A stretch of 64,000 bases of DNA from Calditrichales bacterium (GTDB lineage: Bacteria; Calditrichota; Calditrichia; Calditrichales; J004). The position numbers and the translations under genes were made by a program. Under the pieces are notes generated by a model, which was not told the origin of the DNA, did no database searches, and saw only the letters and a program-made list of their open reading frames with translations. Every line of letters begins with the position of its first letter. Within the stretch, counting starts at the first letter, position 1. The stretch spans positions 1,120,001-1,184,000 of the forward strand of contig OZ254086.1 of NCBI GenBank assembly GCA_965267575.1, given 5' to 3'. Positions 27,090-37,563 of the stretch are shown here, in pieces.

Positions 27090-28151
27090 ATGTCCAAAGC
27101 GATCGGAATTCTTACTGCCGGCGGAGACACACCCGGCCTCAATGCGGCGATCAGGGGAATCGGTAAGGCCGCCATGAACGATCCCGTGGAACTGATTGGT
27201 TTTAAGGATGGTTTTCGCGGGTTGATGGAAAACCGCATCATTCGGCTTGACCCCAGAGCTTTGTCGGGCATTCTTTCTTTAGGTGGAACCATCCTTGGCA
27301 CCAGCCGCGACAAGCCGCATAAAATGCCGGTCGGCGGCAAAGAGATGGACATGACCGATGTTATCCTGCACAATTACCACAAGCACCACCTGGATTGCCT
27401 TGTCTGCATCGGCGGCGGCGGCACGCAGAAAAACGCCCTTAAGCTCAAGGAAAAGGGCATGAATATCATCACCCTGCCTAAAACCATAGACAATGATATC
27501 GCCATGACCGACGTGACTTTTGGTTTTGACACGGCGCTGGGTATTGCCACCAACGCGATCGACCGGTTGCATACGACGGCACACAGCCACCACCGCATTA
27601 TTGTTGTGGAGATTATGGGGCACAAGGTCGGCTGGCTGGCGCTTGGCGCTGGCATGGCAGGCGGCGCAGATGTGGTTCTTATCCCGGAAATCCCCTATGA
27701 CGTCAAGAAAATTTCAGAGTCTATTTTAAGACGCAGTCGCGCCGGAAAGAACTTCAGCATTGTGGCCGTGGCCGAGGGTGCTGTAAACAAAGCCGACCTG
27801 GAAGAGGCCGAAGAAAACGGCAAGAAGAAAAAGAAAGACGTGGAATCTTCAACGCTGGAACTGGCGCGTAAGCTGGAAAAACTAACCGGTCTGGAGTCGC
27901 GCGTAACCATCTTGGGGCATCTTCAGCGCGGTGGCACGCCAAGCGCCCGGGACAGACTGATGGCGACGCAGCTGGGTACGACCTGTCGCCGTCTTATTGC
28001 AGAGCGTACGTTCGGCGGCATGATAGGCATAAAGGGAGAGGAGACAATAGTGGTACCCCTGGAAGATGTGGCCGGTAAGCGTAAATATGTCCCGCTCGAT
28101 CATCCGCTGGTACAAAGCGCACGCACTCTGGGTGTAAGTCTCGGCGACTAA
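27090..28151 (+). CDS. pfkA: 6-phosphofructokinase (PfkA family, short group III type)
   Basis: [54 protein letters not shown]. Confidence 0.92.
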   Translation: MSKAIGILTAGGDTPGLNAAIRGIGKAAMNDPVELIGFKDGFRGLMENRIIRLDPRALSGILSLGGTILGTSRDKPHKMPVGGKEMDMTDVILHNYHKHHLDCLVCIGGGGTQKNALKLKEKGMNIITLPKTIDNDIAMTDVTFGFDTALGIATNAIDRLHTTAHSHHRIIVVEIMGHKVGWLALGAGMAGGADVVLIPEIPYDVKKISESILRRSRAGKNFSIVAVAEGAVNKADLEEAEENGKKKKKDVESSTLELARKLEKLTGLESRVTILGHLQRGGTPSARDRLMATQLGTTCRRLIAERTFGGMIGIKGEETIVVPLEDVAGKRKYVPLDHPLVQSARTLGVSLGD

Positions 28152-28227
28152 ACGGGTTGCATCATTTATGGCTTAATTTCTATCTTGCCCCTTTTTTAAA
28201 ATCATCACAACAAATCAGGGATGTTTT

Positions 28228-29469
28228 ATGGAGCCGCTCTTTACCAACGACGCGATTGTACTCGGCATACTTATGGCCATACTGGCCTTTGTCTTCAAAA
28301 CCTCGCACAGCGACCGACCTTTTTGGCAAAAGTTTTATACGTATGTGCCGTCACTTTTGCTCTGTTATTTTATCCCGTCGCTTTTTAACTCTGCCGGCAT
28401 TATCTCAGGTGATGAGTCCAACCTCTATTATGTCTCGTCCCGCTACCTGCTGCCGGCCAGCCTTATTCTGCTGACGCTAAGCATTGATTTGCCGGGTGTG
28501 ATGCGCCTGGGCCCCAAAGCGCTGATCATGTTTTTTACGGCCACGGTAGGCATCATGATTGGCGGGCCGCTGGCCATTTTTATTGTTTCTCTTTTTGCTC
28601 CGGAGATCGTTGGCGGTGCCGGACCCGATGCCGTATGGCGCGGCTTAACGACCGTAGCAGGAAGCTGGATCGGCGGCGGCGCCAACCAGACCGCGATGAA
28701 AGAGGTATTCGATGTAGGCGATGACCTTTTCTCTGCGATGATCACCGTTGACGTTATTGTAGCCAACATCTGGATGGCCTTTTTGCTTTACGGCGCGGGC
28801 ATCTCCAAGCGAATTGACAAAAAGTTTCACGCAGATTCCAGCGCCATTGATGAAGTGCGCCGCAAGGTGGAAAACTATCGCGCCAGTATCGCGCGCATAC
28901 CCAACCTCACCGACGTGACGGTCATTATGGCTATTGGCTTTGGGCTAACGGCGGTTGCCCACTTCGGCGCGGACAACATTGCTCCTTTTATCCAGGAAAA
29001 TATGCCTTATCTTGATAAATATAGCCTCACATCGCCTTTCTTCTGGATTGTCGTGATCGCCACAACAGGTGGTTTGATTCTCAGCTTTACGAAGGCACGT
29101 CAATTGGAAGGCGCGGGCGCTTCAACCATGGGCAGTCTGCTGCTTTATGTGCTGGTGGCTTCCATCGGCATGAAAATGGACATTCTGGCCATCTTTGACA
29201 ATCCCGGCCTTTTTCTGGTAGGCCTGATCTGGATGGCTGTCCATGTAACATTGTTGCTGACTGTCGGCAAGCTGATCAAGGCGCCGTTTTTCTTTACCGC
29301 GGTAGGCAGCCAGGCCAACGTAGGTGGCGCGGCATCCGCTCCGATTGTGGCATCGGCGTTTCATCCGGCATTGGCGCCCGTGGGTGTTTTACTGGCTGTT
29401 CTCGGCTATGCCCTTGGCACCTACTGCGCCTGGTTTACCGGTATCATGATGCAGGCGGTGGCGCCATAG
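28228..29469 (+). CDS. DUF819 family membrane protein
   Basis: YLLPASLILL, GSWIGGGANQTAM, GSQANVGGAASAP; multiple TM helices. Confidence 0.88.
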   Translation: MEPLFTNDAIVLGILMAILAFVFKTSHSDRPFWQKFYTYVPSLLLCYFIPSLFNSAGIISGDESNLYYVSSRYLLPASLILLTLSIDLPGVMRLGPKALIMFFTATVGIMIGGPLAIFIVSLFAPEIVGGAGPDAVWRGLTTVAGSWIGGGANQTAMKEVFDVGDDLFSAMITVDVIVANIWMAFLLYGAGISKRIDKKFHADSSAIDEVRRKVENYRASIARIPNLTDVTVIMAIGFGLTAVAHFGADNIAPFIQENMPYLDKYSLTSPFFWIVVIATTGGLILSFTKARQLEGAGASTMGSLLLYVLVASIGMKMDILAIFDNPGLFLVGLIWMAVHVTLLLTVGKLIKAPFFFTAVGSQANVGGAASAPIVASAFHPALAPVGVLLAVLGYALGTYCAWFTGIMMQAVAP

Positions 29470-29519
29470 ATGTGTTAAAGTGTTAAGGTGTTTAGGGCTT
29501 TGTTCTGGTTTTTAAATAG

Positions 29520-29548
29520 AAAAGGCGGCTCAGGCAGAGCCGCCTTTT
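29520..29548. terminator. Bidirectional terminator
   Basis: AAAAGGCGGCTC-AGGCA-GAGCCGCCTTTT between convergent genes. Confidence 0.8.
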
Positions 29549-29553
29549 GTTTA

Positions 29554-31695
29554 TTATTTAAGCAATAGAAGCTTTTTCTTGAAGACTTTGTCTTTCACTT
29601 TTACGATAAGAAAATAAGTACCGCTGGAAAGATTATTACCTGCCTGATTTTTTCCATCCCAGACAAGACGAATCTCATTTCCGTTTTCTGAAGAGAGATT
29701 GAATTTATAAATCGCCTGTCCAAGAATATTGTAAATCGAAGCACTCACATCATTGGGATTTGTCTTTTCGCTCAGTGTTAACAATATGGTGGTTTGATTG
29801 TTGAAGGGATTGGGAGATACCTGTATCAGGCTGTCAGCAAAGTTTTTGGCCTGTACATCGGTTAAAGCCGTCAGGCCGGACTCATCGCGGCAGTCCAGAC
29901 ACGGCTGAACCGTATCGCTCGGCTCTAGGGCCAAAAAGGCCGTATATTGAGACAAAACCCGTTCGGAGATGCTTACATCGAGAATCTCGGAAATGATATC
30001 GGAGGTTTGCTCCGACCTTTCAAGGGCGCTGATATAATTACCAGCCCACATCTCTTCAACTAATGAATCAGACTGGCTGATGTGCTGTTCATCTTTTGTA
30101 ATTTTCTGCGAAAACGGTTGCCCGTCAAAAATTCCGTTTATCTGTAATTCGAAAGGAAATGAGCCAAAAAATTTGCCAACCTGCATGATCGGACTATCGA
30201 GATAAACCGTTTCGCTCGAGCCTGACAACGTCTGCCGCCCAAAACAGAAACCATCGGAGAGGGTCGTATATAAGTCAAAAGATGTAACAAATCCGCTTAC
30301 ACGTTTATAGAGATTGTGGTACGCTTCAGCATAGCCGGAATTGTCAACACGCAGCCAGTCACCATACGTACGGCGGCTCAGGTTGGAGTAAAAATACTCA
30401 TTGCCATAATGGTAGCGTCCGTTGAAATAATAGTATTCGCGATTCTTATTGCAGTAATCCAGAATATATACAGGTAAAGTATTGTCCATCGTCTCCAGCA
30501 GATCATCTATAATTGGATTTGCCGTTGAATACCAACCCTGTTGGTCGGTAGCACTCATGGTAAATAACACGCCTTTATCGCCATTATTCTTAACAAATTC
30601 GATACCGCTTGCCAAAAGAGAAGGGAGATTACTGTAATCTGAAATGGGATCACTTCCGGCAGTTGCAAACGCCTGTTCAACACTGGCTGAATCAGCGGGT
30701 ATCCAGGCACTGCTGATGAGTCTGTTTGAAATGCCTGAAAATATCAGATTAAAGGAATCTTTTGCAGAAAAATTATTTAGCAGGTTGTTTTTGACGGTAT
30801 TTAAAACCGTGCTTTTATTATAAGTCGTCTTGTTTGGATCGTAGTCGAACAGGAAGGCTACCTTTTTGTTGATATTTATATCCAGCAGCTCGGACGGCAG
30901 CAATGCCATCTGGTAGTAGTCGTCCTCGCCGGAGCTAAAACGGCTTAGAAAAACACCATCCTGCATCGGGCTCGTGGCGGAAATGTTGGCTGCCGTTTCA
31001 ATACCTTCATCCATAAGATCACAACGCTGATACAGTCCAAACTCGGGATCGGTGAGCTTCTCAAATTGTACATCGGGCAGCTCATCTATCTTTGGGTTTT
31101 CCCATTGTTCACCGCCCCAAAACAGCACATGAAATGTTTCCGGATGATATCCGGAATCGCGGACCAGGTGAATTGGCAGAGAAGCACTTACCCGTTCATT
31201 ATACCAGCTTACCGGTACCAGGTAGGTTAGCTTTATCTTACGTGACTGATCCCCCAACATGGGATAAATGCGCAACTCATAGCGGGTGCTGCTGCGTTTA
31301 AAGAGAATGGCCGGATCGCGGCGGCGGTCTACGATGTCCTCGTAAATGGCGGAAGCAGTCCATTTGTCAAGGATTGTCGCACGCATAATATCCTCTCCGA
31401 CCCATAGCCATAAATCATGTATGATCGCCTCTTCAGGCAAATCAAAAAAGGAGAATATTTCGTACTGGGTCTGAGCATTGAGATTTGCACTGCGCCCTGA
31501 GAGCGTAATGTATAAGCCCATTTCCATGTAAATGCCTTTCGGCTTTACAGATAAAACCGCTTCCTCCACATTTACAGAATAGTAGTACCAGGGCCGGTCA
31601 GGATCTATAATACGGGAATAGACGTACTGGCTAAACGCCGAAGAGGTAAACAAAAAAAACAGGACTGCGGCAGCCAGAACATTTCGTTTACACAT
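29554..31695 (-). CDS. Secreted VIT-domain protein with vWA-like region and T9SS/FlgD CTD
   Basis: FDLPEEAIIHDLWLW...ASAIYEDIVDRRRDPAIL...YELRIYP; VLSQYTAFLALE; C-terminal PNPFNNQT...WDGKN...SSGTYF. Confidence 0.8.
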   Translation of the reverse strand: MCKRNVLAAAVLFFLFTSSAFSQYVYSRIIDPDRPWYYYSVNVEEAVLSVKPKGIYMEMGLYITLSGRSANLNAQTQYEIFSFFDLPEEAIIHDLWLWVGEDIMRATILDKWTASAIYEDIVDRRRDPAILFKRSSTRYELRIYPMLGDQSRKIKLTYLVPVSWYNERVSASLPIHLVRDSGYHPETFHVLFWGGEQWENPKIDELPDVQFEKLTDPEFGLYQRCDLMDEGIETAANISATSPMQDGVFLSRFSSGEDDYYQMALLPSELLDININKKVAFLFDYDPNKTTYNKSTVLNTVKNNLLNNFSAKDSFNLIFSGISNRLISSAWIPADSASVEQAFATAGSDPISDYSNLPSLLASGIEFVKNNGDKGVLFTMSATDQQGWYSTANPIIDDLLETMDNTLPVYILDYCNKNREYYYFNGRYHYGNEYFYSNLSRRTYGDWLRVDNSGYAEAYHNLYKRVSGFVTSFDLYTTLSDGFCFGRQTLSGSSETVYLDSPIMQVGKFFGSFPFELQINGIFDGQPFSQKITKDEQHISQSDSLVEEMWAGNYISALERSEQTSDIISEILDVSISERVLSQYTAFLALEPSDTVQPCLDCRDESGLTALTDVQAKNFADSLIQVSPNPFNNQTTILLTLSEKTNPNDVSASIYNILGQAIYKFNLSSENGNEIRLVWDGKNQAGNNLSSGTYFLIVKVKDKVFKKKLLLLK

Positions 31696-31784
31696 GGTGT
31701 CCCCCTGTGTTCTTTAATAAAAGGTATAGTCCAATCAGAAAGTACGAAGAATAAACAGATATAAAAAGAAAAAAACTGATTATT

Positions 31785-33593
31785 TCACTTCACAAGCAGC
31801 ATTTTTATCATACGTGAGGATTGGTCGCTGTCGAGGCGCAGGTAGTAGACGCCGCTGGACCACCCGGAAGCATTAAGCCGGAAGAGGTGCTCTCCCGCCG
31901 GATGATAACCTTTCGTGAGCGTAGCCGTAAGACGGCCCTGAATATCATAAACACGCAGGCGCACATCGGCTGGAGCAGGTAAAGCGTAGCGAATAACCGT
32001 GCTGCTATTAAAGGGATTGGGATAATTGGACAACAACGTAAAGCTTTCCGGGTTAGACGGGTCTGCCATATGATTGGGTAAAATGGTCAACTGTGTATCT
32101 GCCATGGTATAGGCGCGCATATCCCAGCCCTTGGCGTCGGCCCAGGTTTTGTAAACAGCCCGGTACTCCAGTTTGGCCGTTATCTGCAATGGCTCGTTAA
32201 AACTCGTGCTGAAGACAAACCGCGTTGTATCATGAGCGCCCGCCGCTATACGTGTATCGGCATAAATCGTATCGGCCAGCCAGTTGGGCGCCGGCACTTG
32301 TCCGCTCCGGGTAGCGGTCAGCAATCCGAACACCTTGCCGGGCATGCCGCTGTAGTTGCCGTCGGAGATATCACCCGTTCCCGTGTATTCCGGCAGAACA
32401 TTTTGATCTTCCTGTAGCGCGCTTTCAGGCAGGCCCTGCAATACCAGCACAATGTGCCGGAAACTTACGCCGGTGGGCAGATTATGTCCCGCCTCCCTAT
32501 TGGATACAATCACATTAAAAACAAGACTGTCAGTATAAGCCTCTGCGTCCACGTGTAGTCCGGCCGTTTCCGTGGAATCACTAAGCCCCGTGCGCCGGAA
32601 ATAGTGATTGTAAAGACGACCGGGATCGCGTTTGACTGCGTCAGCCAGGGCAACGCCGGTGACAAAAAGCGAATCACTAAAGGGGCGCATGTGGCAATCC
32701 TGGCAGTGGACGCCGGCAGCGGCATATTCACTTTCCGCCCAGGAATCATAGGTGTCATCAACGATCAGTCCGTTGAGGTTTTTGTACTGATGGCAACCGG
32801 AGCAAAAATCGCTTTTCCGGTAGACGGGATTGTAGGTGCCGCCCATCCAGAAGGTGGTCACATCATCCAGGCCTCCGATATTAATATCGCGTTCCGCCGA
32901 TGCGGAAGGGCGTTTGAGAAAAATGCTGCCATTGACGCCTGTGGCATAATTCACCTCGACGCGGTTTATTTTATGGCAGAAATCGCAGAAGACGCCGTTT
33001 TTCTCCACAGCGTAGAATTGCTGTACATCCAGCAGGTCCATGTAGCCGGGATCATCGATAGCGGCTGCCGGCGCGTGGCAATCAGCGCAGTCACCGGCGT
33101 CATCGGGGAAGTCCAGCTTGAAGCCGGGTGCCACACCCTCCTGACCGGACGCGTCTTCACCGCTGTACATCTGCAGCAGCATCGGGTTGGTGGCCGCCCG
33201 TGCGTGTGCCGCCGTCTTCCACTGATCGTAAAGCGGCTGGTGGCACACCGAGCAGTTATCATCAGGATCCTTGAATTCATAAAAATAATTGTCGCCTTCG
33301 GGCAGCGGCTGCAGTTCAAACAGCAAAGTATCACCGACACGCGCAGTCTTGTCTATGTTGTAATAGCCCTGCTTGCCCACCGCCACGGGATCGGTAAACG
33401 TACCGGGTTGCAGCGTGCTTTCCAGGCGGAAAAATCCTTCAGCGTCTGTGACGACAAAATCATTGGCGCCCTGAAAACGCACGCGGGCATCGGCGATGGG
33501 TTCACCGCCCGACTGCACGATACCAAACACATCACCCGCTATGGCTGAAAGCGGCAAGAATACAATCGCCGCAAGCAAAATAAAAAAACGCAT
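31785..33593 (-). CDS. Secreted pentaheme c-type cytochrome with T9SS CTD
   Basis: Signal peptide; five CxxCH motifs (CSVCH, CADCH, CDFCH, CSGCH, CQDCH); AGHNLPTG; C-terminal SNYPNPFN...KMLLVK. Confidence 0.88.
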   Translation of the reverse strand: MRFFILLAAIVFLPLSAIAGDVFGIVQSGGEPIADARVRFQGANDFVVTDAEGFFRLESTLQPGTFTDPVAVGKQGYYNIDKTARVGDTLLFELQPLPEGDNYFYEFKDPDDNCSVCHQPLYDQWKTAAHARAATNPMLLQMYSGEDASGQEGVAPGFKLDFPDDAGDCADCHAPAAAIDDPGYMDLLDVQQFYAVEKNGVFCDFCHKINRVEVNYATGVNGSIFLKRPSASAERDINIGGLDDVTTFWMGGTYNPVYRKSDFCSGCHQYKNLNGLIVDDTYDSWAESEYAAAGVHCQDCHMRPFSDSLFVTGVALADAVKRDPGRLYNHYFRRTGLSDSTETAGLHVDAEAYTDSLVFNVIVSNREAGHNLPTGVSFRHIVLVLQGLPESALQEDQNVLPEYTGTGDISDGNYSGMPGKVFGLLTATRSGQVPAPNWLADTIYADTRIAAGAHDTTRFVFSTSFNEPLQITAKLEYRAVYKTWADAKGWDMRAYTMADTQLTILPNHMADPSNPESFTLLSNYPNPFNSSTVIRYALPAPADVRLRVYDIQGRLTATLTKGYHPAGEHLFRLNASGWSSGVYYLRLDSDQSSRMIKMLLVK

Positions 33594-36025
33594 TAACGTA
33601 ACAGCACCATTTTTTTGGTTAATACCTGGCGGCCTGTTTTAAGGCGGTAAAAGTAAACGCCCGAGGCCTGACCCGCGGCTTCAAAACGGACCTTGTTCTC
33701 GCCCCCGTTTACCTGTCCATTTAGCAGCGTGCTGATATGCCGGCCCCGCAGATCGTAGACGTCCAATTGGACGTGCGCGGACCTGGGCAGGTAGAAGCTG
33801 ATTTCGGTGGAAGGGTTAAACGGATTGGGATAATTGGCGTGTAACTCCGCGCGCTGCGGCAGATGTACGAAGCGCGGACCGATAGCGGAAATGCCGGTAA
33901 AATAATCAAATGAAGCCTGCAGCAATTCCCGGAAATCTCCGTCGTTGATGGCATTGGGGTCAAACCCGCAGACCAGCGCCTTGCCTCCATTACCTGTATT
34001 TTCAACCGTGACAGCGGCAACTTTGAGGCTGTCCTTGGAATTGGAGCCGTAAAACAGGGCCGGGCTTGCCTGCTGCCCGACGATCAACTCATCCGGAGAG
34101 GCATTAACAAAGCTGGGTATGCGTGACAAAAAGCCATCACCTACGGCGTTGCCGGCTACGCCCGTTAACGGATCGGAAGCGCGATCATACTGATAATTTC
34201 TTGAAAAACCGCTGGATAACTTTTCCGCAAAAATCTGCGCCTGACCGTTAAGCTCCAGCAGGTTTTGTCCGCCGATAAGCAGATGCATACCGTTTTCCAG
34301 CCAGCGCGATAATGAATCCTGTAAGGCCGATGACAGCATCATGGAATCCGCGGCACTGTAAACGATGGCTGTTTTCTGTTGGACCAGTATAGCCTTTTGC
34401 AAGGGCAACGCAGATAGTGACTGCTCATCCAGGCTGACGTAGCTGAAGCCCAGATCTCCCAGCGCCAGCTCGTAGTCCAGGGCCGTTGCGCCATCCTGTT
34501 GCCCGCTTTCCAGCAAAATGAAATCAGCGGGATAGACCGTAAATTGCTGACCTTCCGAAAACTCTTCAACATTAAAACTGGCGGCGCTGTAGGGGAGCAC
34601 CTGCGGCGATACGGAAAGGCTGTAGTTACTGTTTAAGGTGAACAGGCTGTCAAACTCAAACAGGCCGGTAGCGTCTGTGTTGGCCTCAAAGCTTTCCGGC
34701 ACACCGTCGCTGCGCTGCCAGTTCAACACCAGCGCGGATTCAATGCCTTCACCCTGCTCATTAACAATCTGCCCGGCCAGGCGTTTGTAACCGATTTCCA
34801 GCGGCAGTCCTATTTCTATGGAATTTGTATCGCCGGCGCTAAAGGAAATGGTAACGGTCGTGTCCATCCCCCCGGCAGCGATTCGCAGCTCATGCTGGCC
34901 CGCTGTTTTAGCCATTAAAAAGCGGCCATGGCGATTGCTGAATCGCAACAGATCGTTTGTACCCGTAATCGTAACGCTACCCCGCGGCGCGGCCTCACCG
35001 GAAACAGTATCGTAAACGCGGCCCTTTATAAAACCGAGAGGCTCATCTTCCAGCCGGAACAGGCCGCCATCGCTGAACGTACCGCCGAGGCTTAAAGAGT
35101 AAACGGTGCCATCATTGGACACTTTTATCATCCAGGCAAAGCCGCGGCTTAAAACCCCCAGCCGCTGATAGCTCTCGCCATGATCGTAGCTGACAAAATT
35201 ACCTTCTTCGCTGTCATCCCCAAAAGCGCCCAGGTAAACACGGCCGTCCACGGGCGAGAGGTCGATGGCCCAGGCAGAAATGCCGTCGATGCCCAGCGAC
35301 TGCCAGTTTTGACCACCGTCGGTGCTGCGGAAAACGGAGTAATAATTATCGGCGTAGGCGGAACCGTAGGCGCGCGTGGAATCAAGAGAATCCCAAACGA
35401 TTTTGGGTACTTCAGAATAATACTCATTACCGGGTTTCACCTGTTCCCATGTAAGGCCGCCGTCATCTGAGCGGGTTATGCGCGTATCGCCGGCTCCGGC
35501 AATCATTAATTGCGGATTGTATTTATTGATTGCGAAACTGCAAACAAACGTGGAGGCCACGTTAGAATATTTTTGCCAGGTGGCGCCGCTGTCGCTGCTT
35601 ATAAACATATCGCCGCTGCTCAGGTCAACAAAAAAAACGGAGTCCGGCCGCTGCGGATGGAAAGCGAGCGTTTCGCCATTCATGCTTTTGCCGCTTAATA
35701 CTTCCTGCCAGTTGTAGCCCCCGTCGGTGCTGCGCCACAGGCCGTCGTTGGCAAAGGCGATGATCAGTGATGTATCCTGCGGGCATACGACAATCGTGCG
35801 CATATTGGATTGCGGGATGGCCCCCCTTTTCTGCCAGGAATCGCCATAGTTATAGCTGACGAGGAATTCGCTGCCTTTTTTAGCATATAAAACATTTTCT
35901 GCAACGGGGGAAACGGCGATCCCATACGTATCCGTATTAGGAAGTACGTTTTTCCAGGCCAGTTCCACCTGCGCCTGAAGTACAAAAAGAGGCAACAATA
36001 AAAATATGAAAAGATATCGGGACAT
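33593..36025 (-). CDS. Secreted BNR/Asp-box beta-propeller protein with T9SS CTD
   Basis: Repeated SxDxGxxW motifs (SYNYGDSW, STDGGYNW, SSDSGATW, SDDGGLTW); C-terminal ANYPNPFNP...KKMVLLR; start likely ATG 36025. Confidence 0.85.
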   Translation of the reverse strand: MSRYLFIFLLLPLFVLQAQVELAWKNVLPNTDTYGIAVSPVAENVLYAKKGSEFLVSYNYGDSWQKRGAIPQSNMRTIVVCPQDTSLIIAFANDGLWRSTDGGYNWQEVLSGKSMNGETLAFHPQRPDSVFFVDLSSGDMFISSDSGATWQKYSNVASTFVCSFAINKYNPQLMIAGAGDTRITRSDDGGLTWEQVKPGNEYYSEVPKIVWDSLDSTRAYGSAYADNYYSVFRSTDGGQNWQSLGIDGISAWAIDLSPVDGRVYLGAFGDDSEEGNFVSYDHGESYQRLGVLSRGFAWMIKVSNDGTVYSLSLGGTFSDGGLFRLEDEPLGFIKGRVYDTVSGEAAPRGSVTITGTNDLLRFSNRHGRFLMAKTAGQHELRIAAGGMDTTVTISFSAGDTNSIEIGLPLEIGYKRLAGQIVNEQGEGIESALVLNWQRSDGVPESFEANTDATGLFEFDSLFTLNSNYSLSVSPQVLPYSAASFNVEEFSEGQQFTVYPADFILLESGQQDGATALDYELALGDLGFSYVSLDEQSLSALPLQKAILVQQKTAIVYSAADSMMLSSALQDSLSRWLENGMHLLIGGQNLLELNGQAQIFAEKLSSGFSRNYQYDRASDPLTGVAGNAVGDGFLSRIPSFVNASPDELIVGQQASPALFYGSNSKDSLKVAAVTVENTGNGGKALVCGFDPNAINDGDFRELLQASFDYFTGISAIGPRFVHLPQRAELHANYPNPFNPSTEISFYLPRSAHVQLDVYDLRGRHISTLLNGQVNGGENKVRFEAAGQASGVYFYRLKTGRQVLTKKMVLLR

Positions 36026-36221
36026 ACATTTTCTCCGGGCTTGAGGACGATAGCGGAAGATAAAAAATTTCATTCTAAGATGTGCGGTTTTTTACTAAAA
36101 CGCCTTTCTGAAACATAAACGGCACCCTGGATAAATCAGAGGTCTTAAATATTGGAAGAGCAGGAACGCATTTGCTAAATTGCTGTTTCCGCGAAAACCA
36201 AACGCGCAAAGGAGACTCGCT

Positions 36222-37562
36222 ATGGAAGATGCCTTGCTTTACGGCCGTCTTCAATTCGCTTTTACGGTAACCTACCATTATATCTTCCCGCAACTTACCA
36301 TGGGCCTGGCGTTAATGATTGTTGTCCTCAAAACGATTGCCCTGCGCCGCAATGATGAACGCTTTAACAACGCGGCGCGTTTCTGGACCAAAATCTTCGC
36401 CATCAATTTTGTTATGGGTGTTGTGACCGGCATCCCGCTGGAGTTCCAGTTTGGCACCAACTGGGCGCGTTTCTCGGAAATCACCGGCAGTGTGGTCGGG
36501 CAAACACTGGCCATGGAAGGCATGTATACCTTTTTCCTGGAGTCCACTTTTCTGGGCCTGTTCCTGTTTGCCGAAAAGAGGCTGGGCCCTAAAGGGCACT
36601 GGTTTGCCGCGTTCATGGTTTTTCTCGGGGCCTGGGCCAGCGGCTACCTGATCGTTGTGACCAATGCCTGGATGCAGAATCCCGTTGGCTATGAAGTGCT
36701 GGAGGACGGGCGGATTGTTCTGACGCAGTTTTCAGCTTTGTTTACCAACCCCTGGGCCACCTGGCAATATCTGCATACGATGGTCGGCTCGGTCATCACA
36801 TCCGCTTTTGTTATGGCTTCGGTAGGAGCGTTTTATATCTTGCGCGATAAGCACACCGATTATGGCAAGATTTTTCTGCGCTACGGCGTAGTATTTGGAC
36901 TGGTAGCCAGCATCCTGGCGGCTTTCCCCACCGGCGATCAGCAGGCCAAAAATATGGTCAAATACCAGCCCGTTTCCTTTGCCGCCATGGAGGGATTGTT
37001 TGAAACAGAAAAGGGCGCCGGGATCGCCCTGATCGGCCAGCCCAATATGCGCTCACGCCATCTGGACAATCCCATTTATGTACCCAAACTGCTCAGCTTT
37101 CTGACCTATGCCTCGTTTGACGCGGAGATAAAAGGTCTGGAAGAATTTCCGGAGGAGATCTGGCCGACCAATGTACCGGCACTATATTACTCCTATCACA
37201 TCATGGCCGGTCTGGGCACCTTGTTTATCCTGCTGATGTCCGTTTCCGCTTTTCTGCTGTATCGTAAAAAGCTGTTCTCAACGCGTCCTGTCCTGTGGGC
37301 GATCATGCTGGCATTGCCGTTTCCCTATATCGCCAACACCGCTGGTTGGTACACCGCCGAACTGGGCCGCCAACCCTGGCTGGTCTACAACCTGATGCGC
37401 ACGGTGGAAGGCATCTCGCCAAACGTTTCCGGAGGCAACGCGTTGTTCACCTTTATCGGCTTTATCGGGCTCTATTTTTTGCTCGGCGTGCTGTTCCTGG
37501 TACTGGTAGGACGTGAGATAAACCGCGGCCCCGAACCAAAAGGAGAAGCAAAGGAGGCCTGA
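36222..37562 (+). CDS. cydA: Cytochrome bd ubiquinol oxidase subunit I
   Basis: RLQFAFTVTYHYIFP, GIPLEFQFGTNW, FFLESTF, NAWMQNPVG, FAAMEG, GWYTAELGRQPW; GGAG before ATG 36222. Confidence 0.96.
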   Translation: MEDALLYGRLQFAFTVTYHYIFPQLTMGLALMIVVLKTIALRRNDERFNNAARFWTKIFAINFVMGVVTGIPLEFQFGTNWARFSEITGSVVGQTLAMEGMYTFFLESTFLGLFLFAEKRLGPKGHWFAAFMVFLGAWASGYLIVVTNAWMQNPVGYEVLEDGRIVLTQFSALFTNPWATWQYLHTMVGSVITSAFVMASVGAFYILRDKHTDYGKIFLRYGVVFGLVASILAAFPTGDQQAKNMVKYQPVSFAAMEGLFETEKGAGIALIGQPNMRSRHLDNPIYVPKLLSFLTYASFDAEIKGLEEFPEEIWPTNVPALYYSYHIMAGLGTLFILLMSVSAFLLYRKKLFSTRPVLWAIMLALPFPYIANTAGWYTAELGRQPWLVYNLMRTVEGISPNVSGGNALFTFIGFIGLYFLLGVLFLVLVGREINRGPEPKGEAKEA

Positions 37563-37563
37563 G

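Noticed and set aside
32604-33548. 314-aa plus-strand ORF and similar long antisense ORFs (11848-12684, 50782-51609, 60799-61557)
   Set aside because: They lie almost entirely opposite well-supported genes in GC-rich coding sequence and show no motifs of their own.
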